Below are positions 16,561 to 24,685 of a stretch of DNA of 64,000 bases, one piece after another. This DNA is from an uncultured Pseudomonadota bacterium (GTDB taxonomy: Bacteria > Myxococcota_A > UBA796 > UBA9615). The translations under genes were made by a program, and so were the position numbers. Location of the stretch: contig CALAGR010000064.1 in assembly GCA_937891735.1 (NCBI GenBank), positions 26,723 to 90,722 on the forward strand. The letters are read 5' to 3'. Within the stretch, counting starts at the first letter, position 1. Every line of letters begins with the position of its first letter. A model generated the notes under the pieces. The model was given only the letters and a program-made list of their open reading frames with translations, searched no databases and was not told where the DNA came from.

Positions 16561-17319
16561 ATGAGCCAAGACCTCTCCGCCCCCGCAGACGTCGCCGCAC
16601 CGCCGGCCGACGCGACGATCACCGCCTCCGGCCTCGCCTGGAGGAGCCTCAGCGCCGGCTCGGGCGAGCGCCCCACGAGCGGCGCCACCGTGACCGTGCA
16701 CTACAGCGGCTGGACCCTGGACGGCACGCTGTTCGACAGCTCCCGCAAGCGCGGCCAGCCCACGAGCTTCCCCCTCAACCGCGTCATCAAGGGCTGGACC
16801 GAGGGTCTGCAGCTCATGACGCTGGGCGAGAGCATGCGGTTCTGGATCCCCGCGGGCCTCGCGTACGGCGAGAACCCCGGCGGCGGCCGTCCAGGCGGCA
16901 TGCTGGTGTTCGACGTGGAGCTGCTCAGCTTCGTGGAGCCCCCCGCCCCGCCGCAGGTCCCCGAGGACGTGGCCGCGCCCCCGGCCGGAGCGAAGGTCAC
17001 GCCGTCGGGGCTGTTCCGTCGGGTGCTCAAGGCGGGCACCGGCACGCGGCACCCGAGCGCGCGGCACACGGTGTCCGTGCACTACAGCGGCTGGACGCTG
17101 GACGGCAAGATGTTCGACAGCAGCGTGCTGCGCGGCGAGCCCGCGAGCTTCCCCCTCAACCGGGTCATCGCGGGCTGGACCGAGGGCCTGCAGCTGATGG
17201 TCGAGGGCGAAAAGACCCGCTTCTGGATCCCCGCGAAGCTCGCCTACGGCGACAACCCCGGCGGCGGGCGCCCCGGCGGCATGCTGGTGTTCGACGTGGA
17301 GCTGCTCAAGATCGGCTGA
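16561..17319 (+). CDS. tandem-domain FKBP-type peptidyl-prolyl isomerase
   Basis: Two near-identical FKBP cores are present (VHYSGWTLDG..FDSS...FPLNRVI.GWTEGLQLM...RFWIPA.LAYG.NPGGGRPGGMLVFDVELL). No signal peptide is seen. Confidence 0.9.
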   Translation: MSQDLSAPADVAAPPADATITASGLAWRSLSAGSGERPTSGATVTVHYSGWTLDGTLFDSSRKRGQPTSFPLNRVIKGWTEGLQLMTLGESMRFWIPAGLAYGENPGGGRPGGMLVFDVELLSFVEPPAPPQVPEDVAAPPAGAKVTPSGLFRRVLKAGTGTRHPSARHTVSVHYSGWTLDGKMFDSSVLRGEPASFPLNRVIAGWTEGLQLMVEGEKTRFWIPAKLAYGDNPGGGRPGGMLVFDVELLKIG

Positions 17320-17356
17320 CCCGCGCGTAGGCTGGCGGCCGCACCCTGGAGCGGTC

Positions 17357-18364
17357 ATGACGAACGACAAGCAGCTCAAGAGCCGACGCGGCACCTATTC
17401 GCTGCCCCACCTCATGCGCTGGGGCGAGCGGACCGCCTGGCCGGAGCCGACGCCGCGCCCCCTCGTCGGCCCCGACACGAAGATCGCGGCCATCGGGTCC
17501 TGCTTCGCCGAGCGCATCACCGAGTACCTGTCGGCGCGCGGGCTCCACACGACCTTCCACCCCGCCGGGCTGCAGTACAACACCTTCGCCATCCGCCAGG
17601 AGTTCGAGCACCTGTTCGGGACCAGCGGGTACAGCGACGACGACGTGGTGCTGGGCGACGACGGGGTCTGGGAGCACCTGTTCCGCAAGGCCTTCCGCAG
17701 CAAGGAGTCCAAGGAGACGGTGCTCGCGATGGCCAGGGCGGCGGACGTCCTGGCTCGACGCGCGTACGCCGAGGCCGACGTGGTGGTGATCACGCTGGGC
17801 CTCACCGAGATCTGGCAGCGGGAGAGCGACGGACTCGTGGCCGTGGAGCTGCCCCCGGCGCCCTCGTACCGCTCTGGCGGCTGGACCTTCCGCGACGCGC
17901 GGGTCAGCGAGAACATCGCCAACCTGGAGCGCACCCTGGAGCTGCTGCAGGCGAACACGAAGGCCACGGTGCTGATGACGGTGTCGCCGGTGCCCCTCGC
18001 GGCGACCTTCCGGGACGAGGACATCATCGTGGCCAACTGCGAGAGCAAGTCCCGGCTGCGGGCCGCGCTCGCCGACTTCCTGCTCGACCACCCCGACGTG
18101 CTGACCTTTCACAGCTACGAGCTGGTGGCCCAGTGGCAGGGGCAGGGCACGTTCTTCGAGGACGACGGCCGCCACATCAACCCCCAGGGGGTCGCCTTCA
18201 TCATGAACGAGTTCCTGCGCATGTTCGGCAGGGGCGCGATGAAGGCCGAGTTCGTGCCCTTCGGCAGCGTCGCGATGCCCGACCAGACGGCAGCAAGGCG
18301 GCTGTCGCGGCTCAAGTCGAAGGTCGCGCGCAAGGTCCGCCGCCTCAAGGGCCTGGAGGGCTGA
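17357..18364 (+). CDS. GSCFA-family protein (SGNH-like fold)
   Basis: The family-defining IGSCFAE motif lies near the N-terminus, and the length of 335 aa fits the family. Confidence 0.75.
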   Translation: MTNDKQLKSRRGTYSLPHLMRWGERTAWPEPTPRPLVGPDTKIAAIGSCFAERITEYLSARGLHTTFHPAGLQYNTFAIRQEFEHLFGTSGYSDDDVVLGDDGVWEHLFRKAFRSKESKETVLAMARAADVLARRAYAEADVVVITLGLTEIWQRESDGLVAVELPPAPSYRSGGWTFRDARVSENIANLERTLELLQANTKATVLMTVSPVPLAATFRDEDIIVANCESKSRLRAALADFLLDHPDVLTFHSYELVAQWQGQGTFFEDDGRHINPQGVAFIMNEFLRMFGRGAMKAEFVPFGSVAMPDQTAARRLSRLKSKVARKVRRLKGLEG

Positions 18365-18369
18365 GCGCG

Positions 18370-19296
18370 GTGCACGGCCTGGACGGCGCGGCCGTGAGCG
18401 CCCTGGTGGACGCGCGCTTCGCCGCCCTTCGCCACACGCTCGGCCCCCGGCTGCGACCCGGCTTCGACGCCCTGCTCGCGCGCCAGCGCTGGGGGGCGGC
18501 CGCTCCGGGCTGGTACACCGCGCCGGAGTCCCAGCCGATCCTGGTGCTGGTGCTGCAGGTGGCCGAGGCGCTGGGGGACGCGGTGCCGCGCAGCGCCGTC
18601 CAGGACGCCCTCGAGGCGGCGATGCTCGGGTACGCCTTCGTGCGGGTGCAGGACGACTGGCTCGACGACGGCCTGCTGGCCACGGATCCCGAGACCACGG
18701 CCCTGCTCGCCGATGCCCTGCTCGTGCACCACCAGGCCGCCACCGCGCGGGCCGTGGGGGGCGGCGACCCGGCCTACTGGGATCTCTTCGCCCGAACCTG
18801 GACCGGCTACGGCGAGGCGATGCTGCTGGAGCGGGAGCTCCTGCGGGGACCCGCGGCGGGCGCCCCGCCCTACGACGCGGCGGCGTTCGAGGCGGTGCTG
18901 CTCCGCTCCCGGCCCATGGTGCTTCCGCCCGCGGCCCTGCTCGCCCGGGCCCACCACCTGAGCCGGCTGGGTGCCCTGGAGCGGGTGGTGCACGAGGCCG
19001 CGCGCGCGGCGCAGCTGCTGGACGACGCCCTGGACGTGCTGTCGGACTTCGACGCGGGGGCCATGAACCACCTCGTCCAGCGATTCGGCGGCCTGCACGG
19101 ACGGCAGGCCCTGTGCGCAGGTTGGGTCCTGGGCGGGTTCGCCACCGTCTGGGAGGAGGCCGACGCCGCGCTGCAGGCCGCCCTTCACGCCGCCGACGAG
19201 GTCGGGATCAGCGGACCCTTCGGGCGCTTCGTCGCCGCCCGGCGCGCGGTCATGGACCGGGTGCGCGAGGCTGCCTGGGCCGCAGTCACGCGCTGA
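18370..19296 (+). CDS. divergent isoprenoid-synthase-like (polyprenyl synthetase-type) all-helical protein
   Basis: GTG 18370 lies 5 nt after the GSCFA stop. There are two Asp-rich motifs spaced like FARM/SARM: RVQDDWLDD (aa 95-100) and AAQLLDDALDV (aa 218-222). The composition is Ala/Leu-rich and helical. Confidence 0.55.
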   Translation: MHGLDGAAVSALVDARFAALRHTLGPRLRPGFDALLARQRWGAAAPGWYTAPESQPILVLVLQVAEALGDAVPRSAVQDALEAAMLGYAFVRVQDDWLDDGLLATDPETTALLADALLVHHQAATARAVGGGDPAYWDLFARTWTGYGEAMLLERELLRGPAAGAPPYDAAAFEAVLLRSRPMVLPPAALLARAHHLSRLGALERVVHEAARAAQLLDDALDVLSDFDAGAMNHLVQRFGGLHGRQALCAGWVLGGFATVWEEADAALQAALHAADEVGISGPFGRFVAARRAVMDRVREAAWAAVTR

Positions 19297-19393
19297 GAAA
19301 AGGTCGCGCGAACCGCTCATGGTTTCTGTTGCGTGCACTCTTGTGGTACGTGATGGAGGCACGGTTCGGGTCGAATCACCACGGGGACCAACA

Positions 19394-19606
19394 ATGATCA
19401 AGCTTCCGCACGAGACCATCGGCAAGGCCATCGCTGACGCCGACTTCCGCAAGCGCCTCCTGGCAGACCCCAGGGCCACCCTCGCCGCCGACGGCGTGCA
19501 CGCGGACGACGCGACGATCTCCAAGATCGCGGCCCTCGATCCCGATGTCGTCGAGAAGATGCTGTCCGATGCCGGTGGCGCCCTGGGCGACGCGGCCGCC
19601 ATGTAG
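19394..19606 (+). CDS. 70-aa NHLP-clan-like small protein (possible RiPP-precursor-like peptide)
   Basis: The sequence is MIKLPHETIGKAIADADFRKRLLADPRATLAADGV...SDAGG/ALGDAAAM. The IGKA..D..FR..LL.DP...L pattern matches NHLP/Os1348-type leaders as I recall them. GG lies at aa 61-62. The stop is 2 nt before the methyltransferase ATG. Confidence 0.55.
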   Translation: MIKLPHETIGKAIADADFRKRLLADPRATLAADGVHADDATISKIAALDPDVVEKMLSDAGGALGDAAAM

Positions 19607-19608
19607 GC

Positions 19609-20406
19609 ATGAGCGGCGAGCCCGGCGCGGCCCTGGACGCGGTCGCCGCCCTCTACGACCGCCTGAGTCCGACGTTCCTGCGTTGCGCCGGGCCGACCTT
19701 TCAGGCCGGGCTCGTGCGGCGTCCGGACGGCGTTGAGGACGCGGCCTGGTCCAACCGCGCCCTCGCGGAGCGAGCCGGCGTGCAGCCCGGGGCCCACATC
19801 CTCGACGCCGGCTGCGGGGTCGGTGGCCCCGCCTGCGACATCGCCGCCGCGTTCCCGGACGCGCAGGTGGTGGGCCTGACCGTGTCGGTTGTGCAGGTGG
19901 ACCTCGCCACAGAGCGGGCGCGGGCCGCGGGGTTGTCCGAGCGGGTGACGTTCGTGGAGGGCGACTTTCACGCCCTCCCCTTCGCGGACGACACGTTCGA
20001 CGTCGTGCTGTACCTCGAGAGCAGCGAGTACTCCTCCGATCTCGACCGGCTCTTCGCCGAAGCGGCCCGGGTCCTCAAGCCCGGCGGCGCGGTCTACGTG
20101 AAGGGCGCCTTGCGGCGCGAGGGGGCCCTGAGCCCGCAGCAGCAGGCCGACCTCGCCGCGTACGACGCGATGTGGGCGATCCAGCGCACGCCGTCGCCGT
20201 CGGAGATCGCGGCGGCGATGGCGCGGACGGGCCTGGTCGTGGGGCTCCCCACCTGGCTCGAGTTGGGCAGCGGTCACTTCATCGGCAGCATGTTCGAGCT
20301 CGGCCCCGATGGGCTGAAACCCAACGCGTTCGGGCAGGCGCTCTTTCGCCGGTTCGTGGATCTGCCGGTCGGCTTCGCGGACATCCGGGCCGTGTGTCCC
20401 CCATGA
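19609..20406 (+). CDS. class I SAM-dependent methyltransferase
   Basis: Motif I is ILDAGCGVGGP, followed by VVGLTVS, DVVLYLES and LKPGGAVYV. Confidence 0.85.
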   Translation: MSGEPGAALDAVAALYDRLSPTFLRCAGPTFQAGLVRRPDGVEDAAWSNRALAERAGVQPGAHILDAGCGVGGPACDIAAAFPDAQVVGLTVSVVQVDLATERARAAGLSERVTFVEGDFHALPFADDTFDVVLYLESSEYSSDLDRLFAEAARVLKPGGAVYVKGALRREGALSPQQQADLAAYDAMWAIQRTPSPSEIAAAMARTGLVVGLPTWLELGSGHFIGSMFELGPDGLKPNAFGQALFRRFVDLPVGFADIRAVCPP

Positions 20407-20466
20407 CCCGAGCGCGCGCGCACCGGGACCCCGACTGCTAGCTTCGGGCCGGCGCGAAAGGGAACC

Positions 20467-23400
20467 GTGGGCCGAGTCGATCAGTTCTCCAGCTACCTGC
20501 CCCGCAGGTTGATCGACCGGGTGGCCCTGCGGGGGTCGCCGCCCGCCGATGTCTCCAGTGACCACTTCGAGGCAGCGGCGCTCTTCGCGGACATCACGGG
20601 CTTCACGGCCCTCGCGGAGCGCCTCGCCCAGGGCGGACCCCGCGGCGCCGAGCGCCTGACCGATCTGCTGGAGCTGCTCTTCGGCCGACTCATCGAGCAG
20701 ATCCTCGACTCCGGCGGCGACATCATGCTGTTCGCGGGGGACGCGATCCTCGCGGTGTGGCCCGCCGCCGCCGGCTTCCCCCTGGACTCCGCGGCGCGGG
20801 TGGCGGTGAGCTGTGCGCTGGCCTGCCAGGACGCGGTCGCCAACCTCGCGCTGCAGGGCGACGAGGGCGAGCTGACCATGCGCATCGGCGTGGGGGCCGG
20901 CGAGTGCGCGCTGCACGAGGTCGGGGGCACCCAGGGTCGGTGGCTGAGCGTGGCCACGGGCGCCGCGCTGGTCCGCATGGGCCGCGCCGAGAAGGCGAGC
21001 GGGCCCGGGCAGGTGGTGGTCGCCGACGAGGTGTTTCCCCTGGTCGAGGGCGCCTTCGCGCTCGAGCGGATCCCGCGGGGGTGGGTCGTCAAGGCCCGCA
21101 AGGCCCCAGCGCCGCCGTCGCGCCCTTGCAGCCTCGATCCGGACACGCACGTGGCCGAGGACGTCATCCGCGCCTACCTGCCCGACACGTTGATCGCCGG
21201 GATCGACGCCGACCAGGTCCGGTGGATCGCCGAGCTCCGCACGGTGTCTACGGTCTTCCTGCAGCTCCCGACGCTCAACCCCTCCGCGCCGGGCCATCTG
21301 CGCACCCTGCAGTCGGTGGTGATCCGGGTCCAGGAGCTGATGGAGTCGATGGGCGGCGCGCTCAACAAGATCATGTGCGACGACAAGGGAACGACCATCG
21401 TCATCGGGTTCGGGCTCCCGCCCCAGGCCCACGAGGACGACGCGGTCCGCGCGGTGCGCACGGCGAGCCGACTGCGCGAGTTCCTCCGGGCAAGGGAGCT
21501 GTCCTTCGGGATCGGCGTCGCCACGGGCCGGGCCTTCTGCGGCGCCTATGGATCGGATCGGCGCCGCGAGTACACGATGCTCGGCGACTCGGTGAACCTG
21601 TCCGCGCGCCTCATGGCCGCGGCGCGGGACGATGTCCTGTGCGACCAGCGCACCGTCCTGGACTCCCTGGAGCGCCTCTCCTTCGTCGAGCTGCCGCCGG
21701 TCTCGGTGAAGGGCAAGGCGGGGCCGGTGCCCGTGGCCAGCCCCACCGGAGAGCTCGACCTGACGGGCCGCCACGAGGTCCTGCTGACAGGCCGGCACGA
21801 GACCCTGGCCACCGGCCGCTTCGACCTCACCTCCAACCCGGCGGGCTTCGGCACCCTGAGCAACATGGAGCTCCCATCGGCGTTCGACGTGTCGCTCTCG
21901 GGGGACGCGCCAGGTCCCGAGGGGAGCCGCCTGGTGGGACGCGCCGCGGAGCGAGAGCTGCTGGCCCGCCGCCTGGAGGAGCTCTGCGACGACGGCCGCA
22001 AGGGGGTGATCGTCATCGAGGGCGAGGCGGGCTTCGGCAAGTCGCTGCTGGGCGCGTGGCTGCACGGAGCGGCGGTGGGGCGCCAGGTGACCCCGCTGCT
22101 CGGGTCCAGCGAGCCGACCACCCGGGCGGATGCGTGGCACCCCATCCGGGAGGTCTTCGCCCAGCTGCTGGAGCTGGACGGCACCGACGATCCGGCGGCC
22201 GCCGAGCAAGCCGTCGCGCGCCTGCTCGGCGGGCACGAGCGCCTGCTGAGCTGGGCCCCGCTGCTCGGCGACCTGCTGCCCACGGCGCTGGCCTCCAACG
22301 AGACGACCGCCCGCATGACCGGCACGAGCCGCGCGGACGCCCTGCGGGAGCTGCTCGCGGCCCTGCTCCAGGCCGAAGCCGCCCGCAGGCCCCAGCTGAT
22401 CCTGCTCGAGGACGTGCACTGGATGGACGCGACCTCCTGGGCGTTCGTGCGCACCATCGTCAGGAGCGTCGATCGGGTGCTGCTGGTCCTCCTGACCCGT
22501 CCGATGGGCGCGTCCACACCGCCGGAGCTGGAGGAGCTCCTCGGGCGGGCCGACTGTGACCACATCGTGCTCGACTCCCTGCATGACGCCGAGATCGTCG
22601 AGCTCGCCCGACGCCGGCTGCGGGTGAACGAGGTGCCCGAGGCGGTCGCCCGCGCGATCACCACCCGGGCCGAGGGGAACCCCTTCTTCGCGCAGGAGCT
22701 GACGTTCGCGCTCCTGGAGTCTGGCGCCATCGAGGTGTCGGACGGTGTGTGCACGCTGGTTCGACCTGCCGTGAACATCGACCTGCCGGACACGCTGCAG
22801 GCCGTCGTCACGAGCCGCCTGGACCGGCTGGAGGCCCGCCACGGCCTGACCACCAAGGTCGCCTCGGTGATCGGGCGCTCCTTCGGGCAGCTGCTGCTCG
22901 CCGACGTGCATCCCCAGCCAGACATGCGCCTGGTGGTGCGCGGCCACCTGGAGGCCCTGGCCGAGGCGGACATCGCGGAGGTGGAGACCGACGACATCGA
23001 CCCCACCTGGGGGTTCCGCCACATCCTCTTCCAGGAGACGGCGTATTCGCTGCTTCCCTTCGCCCAGCGCCGCGAGCTGCACAGGGAGATCGCGCGCTGG
23101 TACGAGGCCCACCCCCTGGACGACGCGGTCAACGGTCCGCTCCTGGCGTGGCACTGGCGCGGGGCGGAGGAGCTCCCGAAGGCCATCGACGTGCTCGAGG
23201 CCTCCGGCGAGGCGGCGGTGCGTCGGGGCGCGGCGCGGGAGGGCCTGGCCCTGTTCGACGAGGCCCTGGAGCTCAACCGGATCCTGGGCGAACCCGACTC
23301 CCCGGCGTCCCCCGCGAGGCTCGCGCGCTGGCATCAGCAGCGAGGCGCGGCCCTGACCCAGATGGGCGACATGGCCCGCTCCAAGGCGACGTACGTCCTG

Positions 23401-24678
23401 GCCCTGGACAACCTCGGCTTCGCCCTGCCCACCACCGGGCTCGGGTGGGGCTGGATGCTCGTCCGGGCCCTGCTGACCCAGCTGCGCCATCGCTTCCTGC
23501 CGGCTCGACGCACCATCCTTCCCCCGGACGAGGAGGCTCGCCTCAAGAGCGCCGCGCAGGTGTTCTCGGCGTGGGGAACGTGCGGCTACTTCACCATCGA
23601 GGTGATGCACTGGTTCCTGGGCACGCTCCTGGCGATCAACCTCGCCGACGAGACGGGCGACGACCAGCCGGCGGGGCAGGCGCTGGGCTCCTTCGGCAAC
23701 GTCGTCGGCGCCTTGAAGCTGCAGCGAGCGGCGCGGCACTACTTCGACCGCTGCCGCCCCATCGAGAACGCCTACGACCGCACGGTCGGGATCTGGGCCG
23801 AGGCCGTGTTCGAGATGACGTACTGCCGCTGGGATCCGCTGGACCGGGTGCTGCAGGAGGGGATCGCCCTGGGCCGGAGCACCGCGGATCACTACACCCT
23901 CGGGGTCGGGCTGACGGTGCGGGCGGTGGGCTCGTTCCTGCGCGGCGAGATCGAGAGCGCCGTCAAGGATCACCACGAGGTGCTCGTGTCGGCGCGGCAG
24001 CGGGGCAACACGGAGCACGAGTCCTGGTCGCTGACGTTCGGGGTCCCCGCCCTGCTGGGGCTGGGCCGCGACAGCCTCGCCGACGAACAGCTCCAGGCCT
24101 GCGAAGAGCTCGTCGAGCGCCTGGATCCGTTCACCCACGTCGGGTTCCACGGGGTTCGGGCCCAGGTCCGGGCCCGTCGCGCCGACTACGACGGAGCGCT
24201 GGCGGACGTCGCCCGGATGCTGGCGCTGTACGGGCAGCACCCCATCGCCTTGTTCACCCACCTGCCCGGGTTCGCCGGCGCCGGGGAGGCCGTCCTGGCG
24301 GCCCTCGCCGCGTACAACAGCGGGGCCAGCGTGCGCCCCCCACCCGGCTGGACCCTGAACAAGCTCGTCAGGAAGACCTTCGGGCTGATGAACGCAGGGG
24401 CGTTGAGCTTCTTGTACTTCCGGCCCCGGCGGCACCTGCTGAAGGGCACGCGGGCGTGGCACGAAGGGCGGCACGGAGCGGCCCGCAGGGCCTGGGCCAA
24501 GGGCACCGAGCAGGCCGAGGTGTGGCGAATGGACTACGAGGTCGCCCTGATCGCGGTGGAGCGGGCGCGGCTGCTCCCGCCGGGCTCGGCGGACCAGGTC
24601 GCGGCCGACGAGCACGCGCGAGCCACCCTCACCCGGCTGGGCGCCACCGGCGACCTCGCCCGGCTGGATCAGGCGTAG
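20467..24678 (+). CDS. tandem class III nucleotidyl cyclase domains + STAND/AAA ATPase + helical-repeat (TPR-like) region
   Basis: CHD1 reads AALFADITGFTALAE...FAGDAILAVW. CHD2 reads VFLQLPTLN...MLGDSVNLSARLM. Walker A is GEAGFGKS (aa 519-526) and Walker B is LILLEDVHWMD. The C-terminal ~800 aa are helical. Confidence 0.9.
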   Translation: MGRVDQFSSYLPRRLIDRVALRGSPPADVSSDHFEAAALFADITGFTALAERLAQGGPRGAERLTDLLELLFGRLIEQILDSGGDIMLFAGDAILAVWPAAAGFPLDSAARVAVSCALACQDAVANLALQGDEGELTMRIGVGAGECALHEVGGTQGRWLSVATGAALVRMGRAEKASGPGQVVVADEVFPLVEGAFALERIPRGWVVKARKAPAPPSRPCSLDPDTHVAEDVIRAYLPDTLIAGIDADQVRWIAELRTVSTVFLQLPTLNPSAPGHLRTLQSVVIRVQELMESMGGALNKIMCDDKGTTIVIGFGLPPQAHEDDAVRAVRTASRLREFLRARELSFGIGVATGRAFCGAYGSDRRREYTMLGDSVNLSARLMAAARDDVLCDQRTVLDSLERLSFVELPPVSVKGKAGPVPVASPTGELDLTGRHEVLLTGRHETLATGRFDLTSNPAGFGTLSNMELPSAFDVSLSGDAPGPEGSRLVGRAAERELLARRLEELCDDGRKGVIVIEGEAGFGKSLLGAWLHGAAVGRQVTPLLGSSEPTTRADAWHPIREVFAQLLELDGTDDPAAAEQAVARLLGGHERLLSWAPLLGDLLPTALASNETTARMTGTSRADALRELLAALLQAEAARRPQLILLEDVHWMDATSWAFVRTIVRSVDRVLLVLLTRPMGASTPPELEELLGRADCDHIVLDSLHDAEIVELARRRLRVNEVPEAVARAITTRAEGNPFFAQELTFALLESGAIEVSDGVCTLVRPAVNIDLPDTLQAVVTSRLDRLEARHGLTTKVASVIGRSFGQLLLADVHPQPDMRLVVRGHLEALAEADIAEVETDDIDPTWGFRHILFQETAYSLLPFAQRRELHREIARWYEAHPLDDAVNGPLLAWHWRGAEELPKAIDVLEASGEAAVRRGAAREGLALFDEALELNRILGEPDSPASPARLARWHQQRGAALTQMGDMARSKATYVLALDNLGFALPTTGLGWGWMLVRALLTQLRHRFLPARRTILPPDEEARLKSAAQVFSAWGTCGYFTIEVMHWFLGTLLAINLADETGDDQPAGQALGSFGNVVGALKLQRAARHYFDRCRPIENAYDRTVGIWAEAVFEMTYCRWDPLDRVLQEGIALGRSTADHYTLGVGLTVRAVGSFLRGEIESAVKDHHEVLVSARQRGNTEHESWSLTFGVPALLGLGRDSLADEQLQACEELVERLDPFTHVGFHGVRAQVRARRADYDGALADVARMLALYGQHPIALFTHLPGFAGAGEAVLAALAAYNSGASVRPPPGWTLNKLVRKTFGLMNAGALSFLYFRPRRHLLKGTRAWHEGRHGAARRAWAKGTEQAEVWRMDYEVALIAVERARLLPPGSADQVAADEHARATLTRLGATGDLARLDQA

Positions 24679-24685
24679 GAGCCAC

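Noticed and set aside
19321-19375. A sigma-54 type promoter (TGG-N-TGC) or a GGCACG element in the leader of the small-peptide gene.
   Set aside because: In atGGtttctgtTGCg the GG and GC dinucleotides are 10 nt apart rather than the canonical 12. The GGCACG at 19359-19364 is not followed by TTGC at the right distance.
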